From assembly GCA_009103225.1 (NCBI GenBank), contig RHPI01002402.1, forward strand, positions 124,001-188,000: a stretch of DNA of 64,000 nucleotides, read 5' to 3'. Origin of the DNA: Chlorokybus atmophyticus (taxonomy: Eukaryota > Plantae > Mesostigma and Chlorokybus algae). Below the pieces are notes generated by a model. That model did not search any database. It was not told the origin of the DNA and was given only the letters and a program-made list of their open reading frames with translations. A program made the translations under genes and the position numbers. Shown here piece by piece: positions 53,601 to 63,800 of this stretch; positions within the stretch are counted from its first letter, which is position 1, and the number at the start of each line of letters is the position of its first letter.

Positions 53601-54531
53601 TAAAGCCTTCCACCTTCCTTGTGGTTGACATCTTCCTGTAGTTCTCCATCACCTCCTTGTGCGGTGTGAGATGCTGGTCACAGCCTGAGTCAATTGCCCA
53701 TAAAGTTGTATCAAACTTCCTTGAGGCAGTAAATGCAACACCCTTTTTTTTGCGTTGAGCGTTGCTACTGGTGCCTGCTTCAGAATGCTCTCGTTGGCGC
53801 TTACGACAATCCTTTGAGATATGTCCTTTAATACCACAATAGTGGCATGTGAGATTCTCGAACCTTGAGTTGCTGCCTTTCGCCTTGTTCTTATCTTCAT
53901 AGTTGCTTCATTTCTTGTATTCGTCTCGTGTGCAGAAGGCCACAGAGTCCACTTGCTCTTCCTTCTTTGAGACGCGTTGCTCCACAGTGAGCAACTTGGG
54001 TAGCACATCGTCTAGGGTTAGCTCCGATGACGATGTCTCGAGCAGAGTAGCGACAACTTCGTACTCTAATGGCAGTCCTGCAACAATCGGCAATACGACC
54101 TCCGTCTCTTCCATCTTGTGGCCGACGTTCATGAGGTCCGCCCACAGCTCTCTCGCACGTGCAACATACTTTGTGACCGGCTCGGCCGTCTCTTTATGAA
54201 GCGCGCTTAGCTGCTTGCGTATTTGTATCTTTCTGGGGTTGTTGTTGGCTTGAAATACGGCTGCAAGCTTCTCCCAAGCTTGTCTGCCATCTTCACATGC
54301 TGTGAGCATGGGAAAGTGATGTGGCTTACAGTTAAGCACCATCAAGGAATGTGCTTCAATTGAGTGTTCAAGCCAGATGCTTTCTTCTCCTGCTCTTGGT
54401 GCAGATGCCTTCAGGTCAACATACTTCCACATCTTCTTGTGGATAAGTAGTGCCTTCATTTCTACGCACCAAGTGCTGTAGATGTTTGTGTCCAGCTTTG
54501 TGATCAGCCCTTTATCGTAGCTTACCTCCAT
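50650..54531 (-). pseudogene. Copia gag-pol polyprotein with two in-frame stops
   Basis: One reading frame interrupted by TGA (53908-53910) and TAA (51889-51891). Motifs: CHYCGIKGHISKDC, WAIDSGC, WHQRFGH..CEPC, HMDVCG/SDRGGEY/AERLNR, YKARLVAKGF, YVDD, YCDADFA, and KHID..HH. Confidence 0.93.
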
Positions 54532-54822
54532 CTTTGCCGCGCCTGCTTTCTTCTTGCAGTTAGCACTTGAGACTTGCTTTGATAATCTTCACTTGTTGTG
54601 ACTTGAGTGACTTTGTTGACTTCAGTAACTTTAATCTACACTTCACTCTTGAGTGACTTCAATGACTTCGGTCTTGAATGACTTCGGTCTTCACTTCACT
54701 TTTCAGCGCCTTCAATCTTCTCTTCGCTCTTCAGTCTTGAGTGACTTCGATCTTCACTTCAATGCACCTTGTCACTTTTCTTCACTTCGCTTTCTTTCTC
54801 TTTCTCACACTCTTCACGCGTA

Positions 54823-54838
54823 GTGTGGGCCCATAACC
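54823..54838 (-). promoter_or_regulatory. Copia PBS of the half-tRNA-iMet type
   Basis: The minus strand reads GGTTATGGGCCCAC directly after the LTR CA. This matches the internal tRNAi-Met-complementary PBS used by Drosophila copia and related elements. Confidence 0.8.
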
Positions 54839-54940
54839 TGTTGAGAAGCAAGCACGCAAGTGAAGAGGGCAAGCAATGACACGCAGGAGAAGGCAACACA
54901 CGTCCCGATTTATTACCAACATACCGCGGGGTTATATACC

Positions 54941-55350
54941 NNNNNNNNNNNNNNNNNNNNNNNNNNNNNNNNNNNNNNNNNNNNNNNNNNNNNNNNNNNN
55001 NNNNNNNNNNNNNNNNNNNNNNNNNNNNNNNNNNNNNNNNNNNNNNNNNNNNNNNNNNNNNNNNNNNNNNNNNNNNNNNNNNNNNNNNNNNNNNNNNNNN
55101 NNNNNNNNNNNNNNNNNNNNNNNNNNNNNNNNNNNNNNNNNNNNNNNNNNNNNNNNNNNNNNNNNNNNNNNNNNNNNNNNNNNNNNNNNNNNNNNNNNNN
55201 NNNNNNNNNNNNNNNNNNNNNNNNNNNNNNNNNNNNNNNNNNNNNNNNNNNNNNNNNNNNNNNNNNNNNNNNNNNNNNNNNNNNNNNNNNNNNNNNNNNN
55301 NNNNNNNNNNNNNNNNNNNNNNNNNNNNNNNNNNNNNNNNNNNNNNNNNN
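54941..55350. other. Assembly gap (N run) covering most of the copia 5' LTR
   Basis: N characters. Confidence 1.
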
Positions 55351-55373
55351 CCACCCACCCCTTCTCTTTGCAG

Positions 55374-55605
55374 GGCTCCCTCCCCCTCCTCTCCTACCTC
55401 CTCTCCCGCGGCTCCTCCCCCTCCCTCCGCGACTCCTCGGGCCTCTCCCCCCTCCACTTTGCGGCGGCGGGGGGCCAGGTCGGCGCGATCGACGCCCTCG
55501 TGATCGCGGTCGGCGCGGGCGGGGAGAAGGAGGGACTGATGGAGGCGAGGGATGAGATGGGGAGGACGGCCGTGCACGTGGCGGCGAGCGGGGGGTCATT
55601 CGCGC
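55374..55605 (+). pseudogene. Isolated ankyrin-repeat exon fragment
   Basis: After a pyrimidine-rich acceptor (ttctctttgcag): GSLPLLSYLLSRGSSPSLRDSSGLSPLHFAAAGGQVGAIDAL..EARDEMGRTAVHVAASGG, with two GxT/SPLH.AA motifs. Confidence 0.7.
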
Positions 55606-55974
55606 TTGTGGGTTTCCGTGGCTCAATCTGTCAGGGTTTGGGATGGGGGGGGGAGGGGGACACATTCGCTCTCAGTCTGGTGCCGAGATGGCACATCTGC
55701 ATTACGCCCCGATGGGGCCGTCATCGACAGCTTTAGCAGGAACTGCCCCTGCTCATCATCCAGGCAGTCCACGCCCTGAAGAGCGTGGCGAAACAACTTT
55801 TTCACCCAAGCAACCCTCGGAAGTTGCCAAACAACCTCCTGTTTATCGGCAACGCCTGGCCCGGAAGGTCGCTGAGCGCGTGGCCACCACCACGATGATC
55901 TCTCCGCCCGATCCCAGTAGCCGCTTGCGACAGCTGGACCTCTCCACTGTCCACTTTGCCACCCAGCGCTACAA

Positions 55975-56959
55975 GGATGGCATCACGGTCCTGGAGTTGT
56001 TTGGCGGCATCGGCAGTGGCCTCGCCGCCACCCTCAACGTTGGCGTACCAGTACGCAAGTACTTCTACTGCGACCCCGACCTGCATGCTCAAACAACTGT
56101 GTCTCACCACTTGGCACAGATGCGCAGTCGGGATCCGTTGCTGGATCCTCAGGCATCCGCCGGCAGCCTTCAAGCTCTACCACAGGACGTTCGCCTCATC
56201 AACAGCCAGCACCTGCAATCCCTCGGCTGCATAGACCTCGTCATTGCAGGCTGGGAATGCCAGGGTCACTCCCGAGCCGGTAAAGGTCTTGGTCTACAAG
56301 ACCCCCAATCTCAGCTCTTCTAGGAGCTAGTGCGTATCATCCGCACCCTCCAACAGCAACAGCCAGACCGGCCTCCCGCCTACATCATCAAAAACGTCTG
56401 CGCTCGCGACGACGCCAGGCGCAACGTCCGGGAGGACTATGCGCAGGTTTGCGCCGTCCTCGGCGACCCCATAGTCATTGATGCAGCAGCACATGGTTCC
56501 CGTGCACACCGCCTGCGCAGCAAATGGACCAACTTGGCCCGCACATCCGACCTGGCCGCTGCCCAGTCATTGTCCATCCGCCCGCCTAACCTGCTGGTTA
56601 AGGACATCCTAGTTGACGGAGCACTTCCGCAGCCTGTCACCCACGCCACCTACAAGACCTTCTATCAGTGCAACCGCGTAGGTTACCCCATGGCCGCGCT
56701 GCCCACGCTGGTGGCATACCCTGGGTCTCATTCCTTCCGCAACGCCAATACGGGGATGGTCTGGGACACCAACCTCCAGTGCTTACGCGAGCCCCTCGCC
56801 ACTGAACGCGAACTCGCCATGGGCTTCTGGCCTGGCGCGGTCACCTCGGCGCCGCGGCTCTCTGAACGCCACTGTTGCGCGCTGCTTGGACGCGCCATGG
56901 ACCAGAACAGTATGGTCTGGCTGCTGGAGCACTGCCTAGCGCTGCAACACAGCTACTGA
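55975..56959 (+). pseudogene. C5 cytosine DNA methyltransferase domain within gypsy pol (DNMT3-like motif spacing)
   Basis: Motif I VLELFGGIG, motif IV IAGWECQGHS (Cys codon 56258), motif VI IIKNV (E to K), motif VIII GSRAHRLRSKWTN, then ERELAMGF and motif X LLGRAMD. In-frame TAG at 56321-56323. Confidence 0.9.
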
Positions 56960-57129
56960 CCACACCCAGAGCCTGGGCCATCCGCTGGGGGGGGGGGGGG
57001 GGGGGNCATCAATCGCCGCCATGGCCGTGCACGGCACCAGCCTCCAGGAACTGGAGGAAGCCTTGGAGTCCAAGGCTTGGACATCCCGCACACTGACGAG
57101 CTTGAACCCAATGGCTGGCATATTGGATG

Positions 57130-58400
57130 TATGGCTTCAGGAGACACAGAGACGCATTTGAAGACCTTGTTGGATGACCACAGGCAGCAGTTCGCTTACT
57201 CCCTCAAGGACTTAGGACTCATTGAGGAGGCCTCACCCAGCACACAATATGCAGCCGCCACCGTCATGCCCCTGAAGAAGGACGAGCAAGGACAGTGGAC
57301 TCAACGCCGCATGTGTGGGGACTATCGGGACCTCAACACCCACACCGTACTCGACCGTTACCGCATGTACACTCCGGACGAAATCTTCGACAGTGTGGGT
57401 ACGTGCAGATACTTCTCTGTGCTGGACATGTGTTCAAGATTCCACCAGATCGGCATCCAGCCAGAAGACAAGTGTAAGACCTCCATTTGGGGCAACCGGA
57501 CCCTGTACCAATGGAAGGTCATGCCATTCGGACTAAAGAACGCCCCTGCAGTCTTCCAACGCGTAATGGACAGGTGTCTTCGCGGCCTGGACAACTCCAG
57601 GTGTTACATAGATGACATCCTCATCTTCAGCCACACTGCGAAGGCGCACCTCCAGCACATCAAGGAAGTACTACAGAGACTCAAGGAGTATGGGCTTACG
57701 GCCCATCCAGAGAAGTGTACCTTCTTCGCTGACAAGATCCCCTACCTCGGACACCTCATCGTCCCCAACGGGGTCATGGTGCAGCAGGCCAAGGTGGATG
57801 CTTTGCTGAAGGTTCCTCCTCCCACCGACCTCCCCCGGCTACGGGCCTTCCTAGGACTGGCCAACTACTACCGGCGGTTCGGGCTCAACTTCTAGAATTG
57901 CCAAGCCTCTCAACGACCTGCTGAAGATAGCTACAACGTGGAACTGGGGGGAAGCAGAACAGCAGGCTTTTGAGTCCCTCAAGAGTCACCTACAGTCTGC
58001 CCCCATCCTGGCTCGTTCCGACTACAACCAACCCTTCATCCTTCACACCGACTGGAGCAGGCTTGGGCTCGGTGCGGTGCTGTGCCAGAAGGGCATTAAG
58101 GGGAAGGAACAGGTCATTGCCTACGCCAGTCGTAGCAACAACGCGGCAGAATCCAACTACAGCAGCTATGAAGGCGAACAACTCGCGGCGGTCTGGGCAA
58201 TCCAGTTCGTCCGCCCATTCCTCTTTGGCCACCAGTTCGAGCTGGTCACAGACGACCAGCCTCTACAACGGCTTCTCACTAGCAGCAAACTCACCGGCAA
58301 ACATGCTTGCTGGGCTTTACTGTTGCAGGAATACAGCTTCATTATCACCCACAAGCCTGGCGCCTCAAACACCGATGCTGACGGACTGAGTCGCAACCCC
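57130..58400 (+). pseudogene. Gypsy reverse transcriptase + RNase H (internal deletion and frameshift)
   Basis: RMCGDYRDLN, FSVLDM..FHQI, MPFGLKNAPAVFQR, YIDD (57605-57616), YLGH, RAFLGLANYYRRF; RNase H ILHTDWS..LGAVL..IAYASR..YSSYEGE..AVWAI..LVTD..NTDADGLSR. Confidence 0.93.
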
Positions 58401-58599
58401 AACCCAGACACGGTCGACGCCACAGGAGCTCGCTATGACAGCGACCACCCCCGGCATCACGCTGCTTATTGTTGCCGCTGGCATCCGCGCAGAAGCACGC
58501 AACCCAGTACTGCGTGCAGCTTTGCCCCCTGTTGCCGAAGGGGACATCTGGAAGGACGCCCCCACTCTTCAGCTGGTACGCGGAGGCGCGTTAGCTTCA

Positions 58600-59830
58600 G
58601 GCCTCACCCATCAAGAGATCGATCGTGCTCAACACTGCGCCAAGAACTACAGCTGGGAAAACGGCATTCTGTGGAGACTGCTCGCTGCCAATCAGCGCAA
58701 GGAGGTCCCGCCCCCTGACCGTCGCGCTGCCATCATCGCCAACCTTCACCACCAGCTTGGACACTTCGGCATGAAGCGAACCACCAACATGGTGCGTAAC
58801 GACTACTGGTGGGACAGCCTGGCCCGCAACGTTGCTGATGTACTCCGACAATGTAAGTCTTGCGATCGCATTCGTGCTAGCTTCTCCCATCGTCACCCAC
58901 AGCTGCACCCACTCCCCATTATGGGCCTCGGCTACCGCTGGAGCATGGACCTTGCAGGCGAGCTGCCTCGCACACGTCGTGGCAACACCTACACACTGGT
59001 CGCCATCGAGCACTTCAGCAAGTGGGTTGAATTGGTACCCTTGCCTGACAAGTCCTCTGCTCAAGTGGCACGAGTGTTCCTGGACCACATCCTCAGCCGG
59101 TTTGGCGCCTGCGCCGAACTCCTCACTGACAACGGCACGGAGTTCCAGGGCGAGCTGGATGAGCTGCTTCATCGCGCCCTCATCGACCACCGCCACACCA
59201 GCCGTGACCATCCCCAGGCTGACGGCCTGGCTGAACGAATGGTACAGACTGTGAAGAAGGCACTGCAACGCGACTGCCTTACTTACAACCAGGCTGAGTG
59301 GGATGACTACCTGCCCTGGCTGTCCTTAGGTTACCGCTGCACGCGCCAAGCTGCTCTGCGCTCCTTCAGCCCATACTTCCTCATGTTCGGGAGGGAGCCA
59401 TTGCTGCCTTCCGCGTCCGTCACGACACCCAAGCTATGGAGGACATTGCCGACAACCCTACACGCATGCTGCAAGTACTGCAGACTCGCGCAGCCGTTTT
59501 GCGCGACAGTATCCCCATCGCTTTCGCCAACTTGAAGATCGCGCAGCAACGGGACACGCGTTGCTACGAACACGTGCGCAGCGGCGCCTACAAGCCACAG
59601 GAGCGCCGCTTTCGTGTCGGCGACTTCATCTACCGCAAGCAGCAGACCACTAACACCTTGGATCCTGCCAATTACGGCACCGTTTGGCGCGTGACGCAGG
59701 TACGCGCACTCGGCACTCTCACTTTGCGAAGCCCCACTGGCCGCACCTTGACAGACCACGTGGAGAACTGCTTCCCCTGTCATCTGCCGTACGTGGAGGG
59801 GCTGGGCAAACCGCGCCCACGCTTCCGCAT
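58600..59830 (+). pseudogene. Gypsy DDE integrase
   Basis: HHCC zinc finger (HHQLGHFG..CKSC). Catalytic D (SMDL 58948), D (TDNG 59128) and E (AERM 59233), the last two 35 codons apart. SPYFLMFGREP, then a frameshift into the C-terminal part. Confidence 0.93.
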
Positions 59831-59837
59831 TGCCCAT

Positions 59838-59990
59838 TGCACGGGGTGCTCCTCCCCGGACGCACCTCTAGAAGAATGCGACACCTGCTGGGAGTATTGG
59901 CACGCCGCCTGTAACCTTGGTGTCTCACCTTTGTCCTCGGACGCACCATCCACTTCCTCCAGCGCCAGCCCGTGGCATTGTCACAGGTGC
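59838..59990 (+). other. PHD finger at the integrase C-terminus
   Basis: CTGC..LEECDTC..WHAAC..PWHCHRC, a C4HC3 pattern; the ORF stops at 60044. Confidence 0.85.
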
Positions 59991-60022
59991 CAGGCTCATT
60001 GCGAGGACGCCGACGAACCGGC

Positions 60023-60032
60023 AAGGGGGGAG
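60023..60032 (+). promoter_or_regulatory. Polypurine tract
   Basis: AAGGGGGGAG immediately before repeat B1. Confidence 0.75.
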
Positions 60033-60236
60033 CTTGTTGAGTGAATAACAACTGCCTGCTGGCTATCCCATACTGCGCTGCTACCCGTAGTCTTCACCTC
60101 TATCTTGCTTGCTTGCCAGTCCTTTCCCCCACCCTTGTGTAGTACTGCGGAACGCTTCCAGCGTGCCCTTTTGCTCGTTTTCTGGTGTTGCCGCACTGCG
60201 AGTCGCACTCGGCCGTCGAGCCTGCCTTGCACGACA
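60033..60236 (+). repeat. Terminal repeat B1 (204 bp, ends CGACA)
   Basis: Direct repeat of 60605-60808, with roughly 8-10 differences by eye. Confidence 0.95.
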
Positions 60237-60238
60237 GC

Positions 60239-60604
60239 TGTCGCACTAGCAGCCCTCGGCACGCCCTTCCCCCTCGCACAGCCCCTCAAGCAGCAGTTTG
60301 CCTCATTGACATCCGGGTCCACCGATCCGCTCGAGGCAGCCGCTATCACCAAGTACTCCGGACTACCCTTCCAAGCGCGCCGCGTGCCAACCCTGGCCTC
60401 ATCCAATCCGCCGCCGCCATCTATAGCGGCGGGCCGCGTCGACTGCCAGCGGCGACCTCCGCCAATCAGGACCTCGGGTCTATGGCAGTGCCGACAACTA
60501 CAAAAGGGACTCCCCGCAGGACGCATCGGCGGGAAGTCGCAAGTGAATGGACTGGAGCCGAAGCGGCGGTGACACTGCCGGAAACTGACCAGCTGACCAC
60601 GTAG
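60239..60604 (+). repeat. Terminal repeat A2 (366 bp, starts TGTCG)
   Basis: Direct repeat of 43995-44360, separated from B1 by only GC. Confidence 0.95.
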
Positions 60605-60808
60605 CTTGTTGAGTGAGTAACAACTGCCTGCTGGCTATCCCATATTGCGCTGCTACCCGTAGTCTTCACCTCTACCTTGCTTGCTTGCCAGTCCTTTCCC
60701 CCACCCTTGTGTATTACTGCGGAACGCTTCCAGCGTGCCCTTTTGCTCGTTTTTTAGTGTTGCCGCACTGCGAGACGCACTCGGCCGTCGAGCCTGTCTT
60801 GCACGACA
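60605..60808 (+). repeat. Terminal repeat B2 (204 bp, right end of the element)
   Basis: Direct repeat of B1. Ends GCACGACA and is followed by the TSD CATA. Confidence 0.95.
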
Positions 60809-63800
60809 CATATACAAAAAATATATTTATTAAACTTTAGCGATGATGATTGAATCATTCATTACTATTCCTAAGTAGCTAATATGATACATCACTTATA
60901 CTATTGTTGCTATATACATATGTTTAATGAACATGAAGCAAAACCATACAATCCAGTCATATAATGTGTGGTGATTGGTAATTGAATCACATGCTAACAG
61001 CTGCTGGATGACTGCAAGATTGAAAGCTCTTACATACTACATGCTGAGTCAATGCACACTTCACTGCAATTCCATATGTGGCGGCGGCAGTGGATGGCTA
61101 ACTTCTCCCTTCCTCTCCCCCGCGGTGCTCTGCAGGTGCTTCTTTTGCTGCTTGCTGCTACCCCTTCCCCCTTCCTTCGGGCCACACTCCTCCTCCGGTC
61201 TATAGCTGGTGCACTTAGCTATAGCCGAGTGGGGCCCCCCATCAGGCCCCACCCCTTTGTTTTTGCCTTGCTTATGCTGGTTTATAAAGCTTTGCTGTCT
61301 TGTGCTGGCTTGCTTGACTGATTGAACCCAATCCATCTGTCGTTGTAACAAATCTGGTATGGATTGTCATGGGCTATTCTCATGGTAGCGCATTTGCTAC
61401 AGCCTAATGGTCGGAACCCCCTGATTGGTATCGAAAGCGTAACGTCGTGGGTTCGGCTCCCGTTGGGGGATAGAAACTCGGCCGTAATTTGGAGGGATCC
61501 ACAGGGAAATGAACGAAACATTCGGGCGACTTGCTCTAGGCCGAACGTGGGTTCGCAATCTGCGTCCGAGCTGAGATAACCTACGGCCGCGCGAAAGGCC
61601 CCGCCGCGATTGCAGGTCGCGTTGTTAGCCGGTGAGGGTGGCCGGTGCCAGACGGTCAGTCAATGGGTTTCCGACTGATTGGATCGGATGCACGCCACAA
61701 GGCCGCGGGCGGTCATGATCGCGGTGACGCAAGCTAGTGTAAGGGCCTAACAGAAAGGGAACTTGGCGGGTTTAATTGGGGAGGATTGTAACGCATTTAA
61801 TATAAATTGTCACAGACCTCACTCATTGTAGCGCTTTTGCTATCATAGCCTAGTGGTCAAAACCCCCCTTTGTTACAATTGTGTACTCTGCTCTTTGCCC
61901 AGAATTTTGGTCGACGCCGGGCCCGCACCTTCGGGGGGTGGTCTGCCCCCATCACCCGTGGCCGCAATTGGGGCGAGCCTCAAGGGCGGCCTCACGCTTT
62001 TGCATGGGGTTGTCTGCTTGCTTAAGCTACCTTGCTGTACCAAGGTTAATTGCTTGGTTGGTGTTGATTAATTGGCAAGGGCGACGGCCCAGCATTAGCG
62101 CACTTAGTGAGCATTAATGAACGGGATGGGGTGGACAATAACGAAAACGACCAAGTGGTAGGGTCGCAGCAGTTACAAGCCTCTGCTTCCGCTTCTCAAC
62201 GTACAAAGCATCCTTTCGGCACTCAAATAAACCCACTACAGTGCCAACTTGTCAGTTCTCCGTATAATCCGTGAAAAAGCATGCATGTGGTGTAACGGGA
62301 GCAATAATAGTAGGGCTATTATTGCTACTTAAATGACATATTCTGTGTAGATAAGTACATGTAAATGAATATTTATACCTCTTGTCTACGGTTCCTCGCT
62401 TATCAAAGCTTATTACATTTTATTATAGCCTTAATAAGTGTCAATGGGTGTAGAGCCGCATATTTAAGCATATATAGGGTCGCATATCATACATGCGACC
62501 CTATATATAGGCTTAAATGTGATCACTATAGCCAGATATTGCGATAGATACCTTATGATTAAATACCTTACCGTTGGATATCTGAGCTGCTATTGGCTCA
62601 CGCTAAAATTCTGACGGCTACCCTATCTATAGGGATGACACCTGATTGCGAGTCCGATAACCAGACACATATATGTGATACATCCTTGATATATAAGGTC
62701 TCATCAACTAATGAGACCTCAATTCAGTTCTCTGCCATCTGCAGCGTCATGCTGCCGGCGGCGTGACAGGCTTGTCATCGGCGGTGTGGGTATTGGGGTA
62801 GAGGATTGAAGGGACGGCCGCCTTATATAGGCGCCGTGGTTGTTACATGTGATGTTGGCTTCTGCATGGTTCTGTGACCAACTGCTAACCGCTGTGCTGG
62901 CTTCAGCTGCGCTGGCAGGAGATGTGCTTGCGCTGCTACAACACTGCATGTGACATGGATGCTGACATTGGTGGGAAAGCCTTTGTATAAGGTGCATTGC
63001 GCTGAATGCGATCATGGACCATCGTGGTCCGTTGAGTTGTGATCGCTTATGCATCCTGGCAAACAATGCGTGCAATCTGCAGCTTATTTGGTCCGACAAG
63101 AGGTGTTTACCACCCATGCATGCATTGGCTTGCTGCTGTCACAACCACCAATTCAGTGTGATGTCAACCACTCAGTGCCAGTCGATGCACCAATGAACAC
63201 TGCGGCACTATCGCTTATGCTAGGGACCGCGGCGACGTATAGTCCACCCGTAGCATCTAACCAGCACAGCCGTCTGCAGATGGCATGCACACTCCTGCGT
63301 GAGCATGCAGTATGCCCATGAAAGGATGCGGCCACATATGCACACATGTGCAAGCGTAAGGCAATTGTGCATGCAGACAGGCCATGCACACCCTAAACCG
63401 AACATACAAGTGGCATACACATACACCAACAGTGTATAAGACCACTACATGCACATACACATGCATGCACACTTACAAGTGTGCAAGGCTATTGGATGCA
63501 CAAACACATGCATGCACATTAAACAATACACAAGGGCCAGACCGGCTAGGCAGGGGTTATCTACAACAACAGGTAGTCAAGGAAGACCACTCACAACTCC
63601 ACCAGCAGTAGCAAGATGTGGGAGGCGCCTACTCTTCAGCGCAGGCGTCAACCTTAAGGTAAACCTCCAACCCTAACTAGAACACTTAGAAACGCCTCAC
63701 ACATGAGGGTAAGGAAGGCCCCTTGAACAGCTAAGCCAAGGACCCCATATACACAGCAAGTGAGCACCAAGCTAAGTCCAATTAAACCCCCCAACACCAT

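Larger units (their letters stand above)
50203..54940 (-). mobile_element. Ty1/copia LTR retrotransposon nested in the gypsy element; its 5' LTR runs into the gap
   Basis: 402-bp LTR at 50203-50604 (TG..CA). The second LTR starts at 54839 and about 100 bp is visible, with 4 differences. Polyprotein order is gag-PR-INT-RT-RH. PBS GGTTATGGGCCC on the minus strand. Confidence 0.95.
43995..60808 (+). mobile_element. Ty3/gypsy-type retrotransposon carrying a C5 DNA methyltransferase and PHD finger, with split-direct-repeat termini (A1-body-B1-A2-B2); degenerate, contains a nested copia
   Basis: Ends TGTCG...CGACA, flanked by an identical 4-bp TSD CATA (43991-43994 and 60809-60812). Domain order is gag-PR-DNMT-RT-RH-INT-PHD. 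PPT at 60023-60032. Confidence 0.92.

Noticed and set aside
43995-60808. Classification as a DIRS/Ngaro/PAT tyrosine-recombinase element because of the split repeats
   Set aside because: No R-H-R-H-Y recombinase motifs were seen. The element has a gypsy DDE integrase, an aspartic protease, TG..CA ends and a 4-bp TSD. A divergent recombinase in 46.7-49.6 kb cannot be fully excluded without a profile search.
60033-60808. B1/B2 as an assembler-made duplication
   Set aside because: The two copies differ at several positions, B1 abuts the PPT, and B2 abuts a matching TSD.
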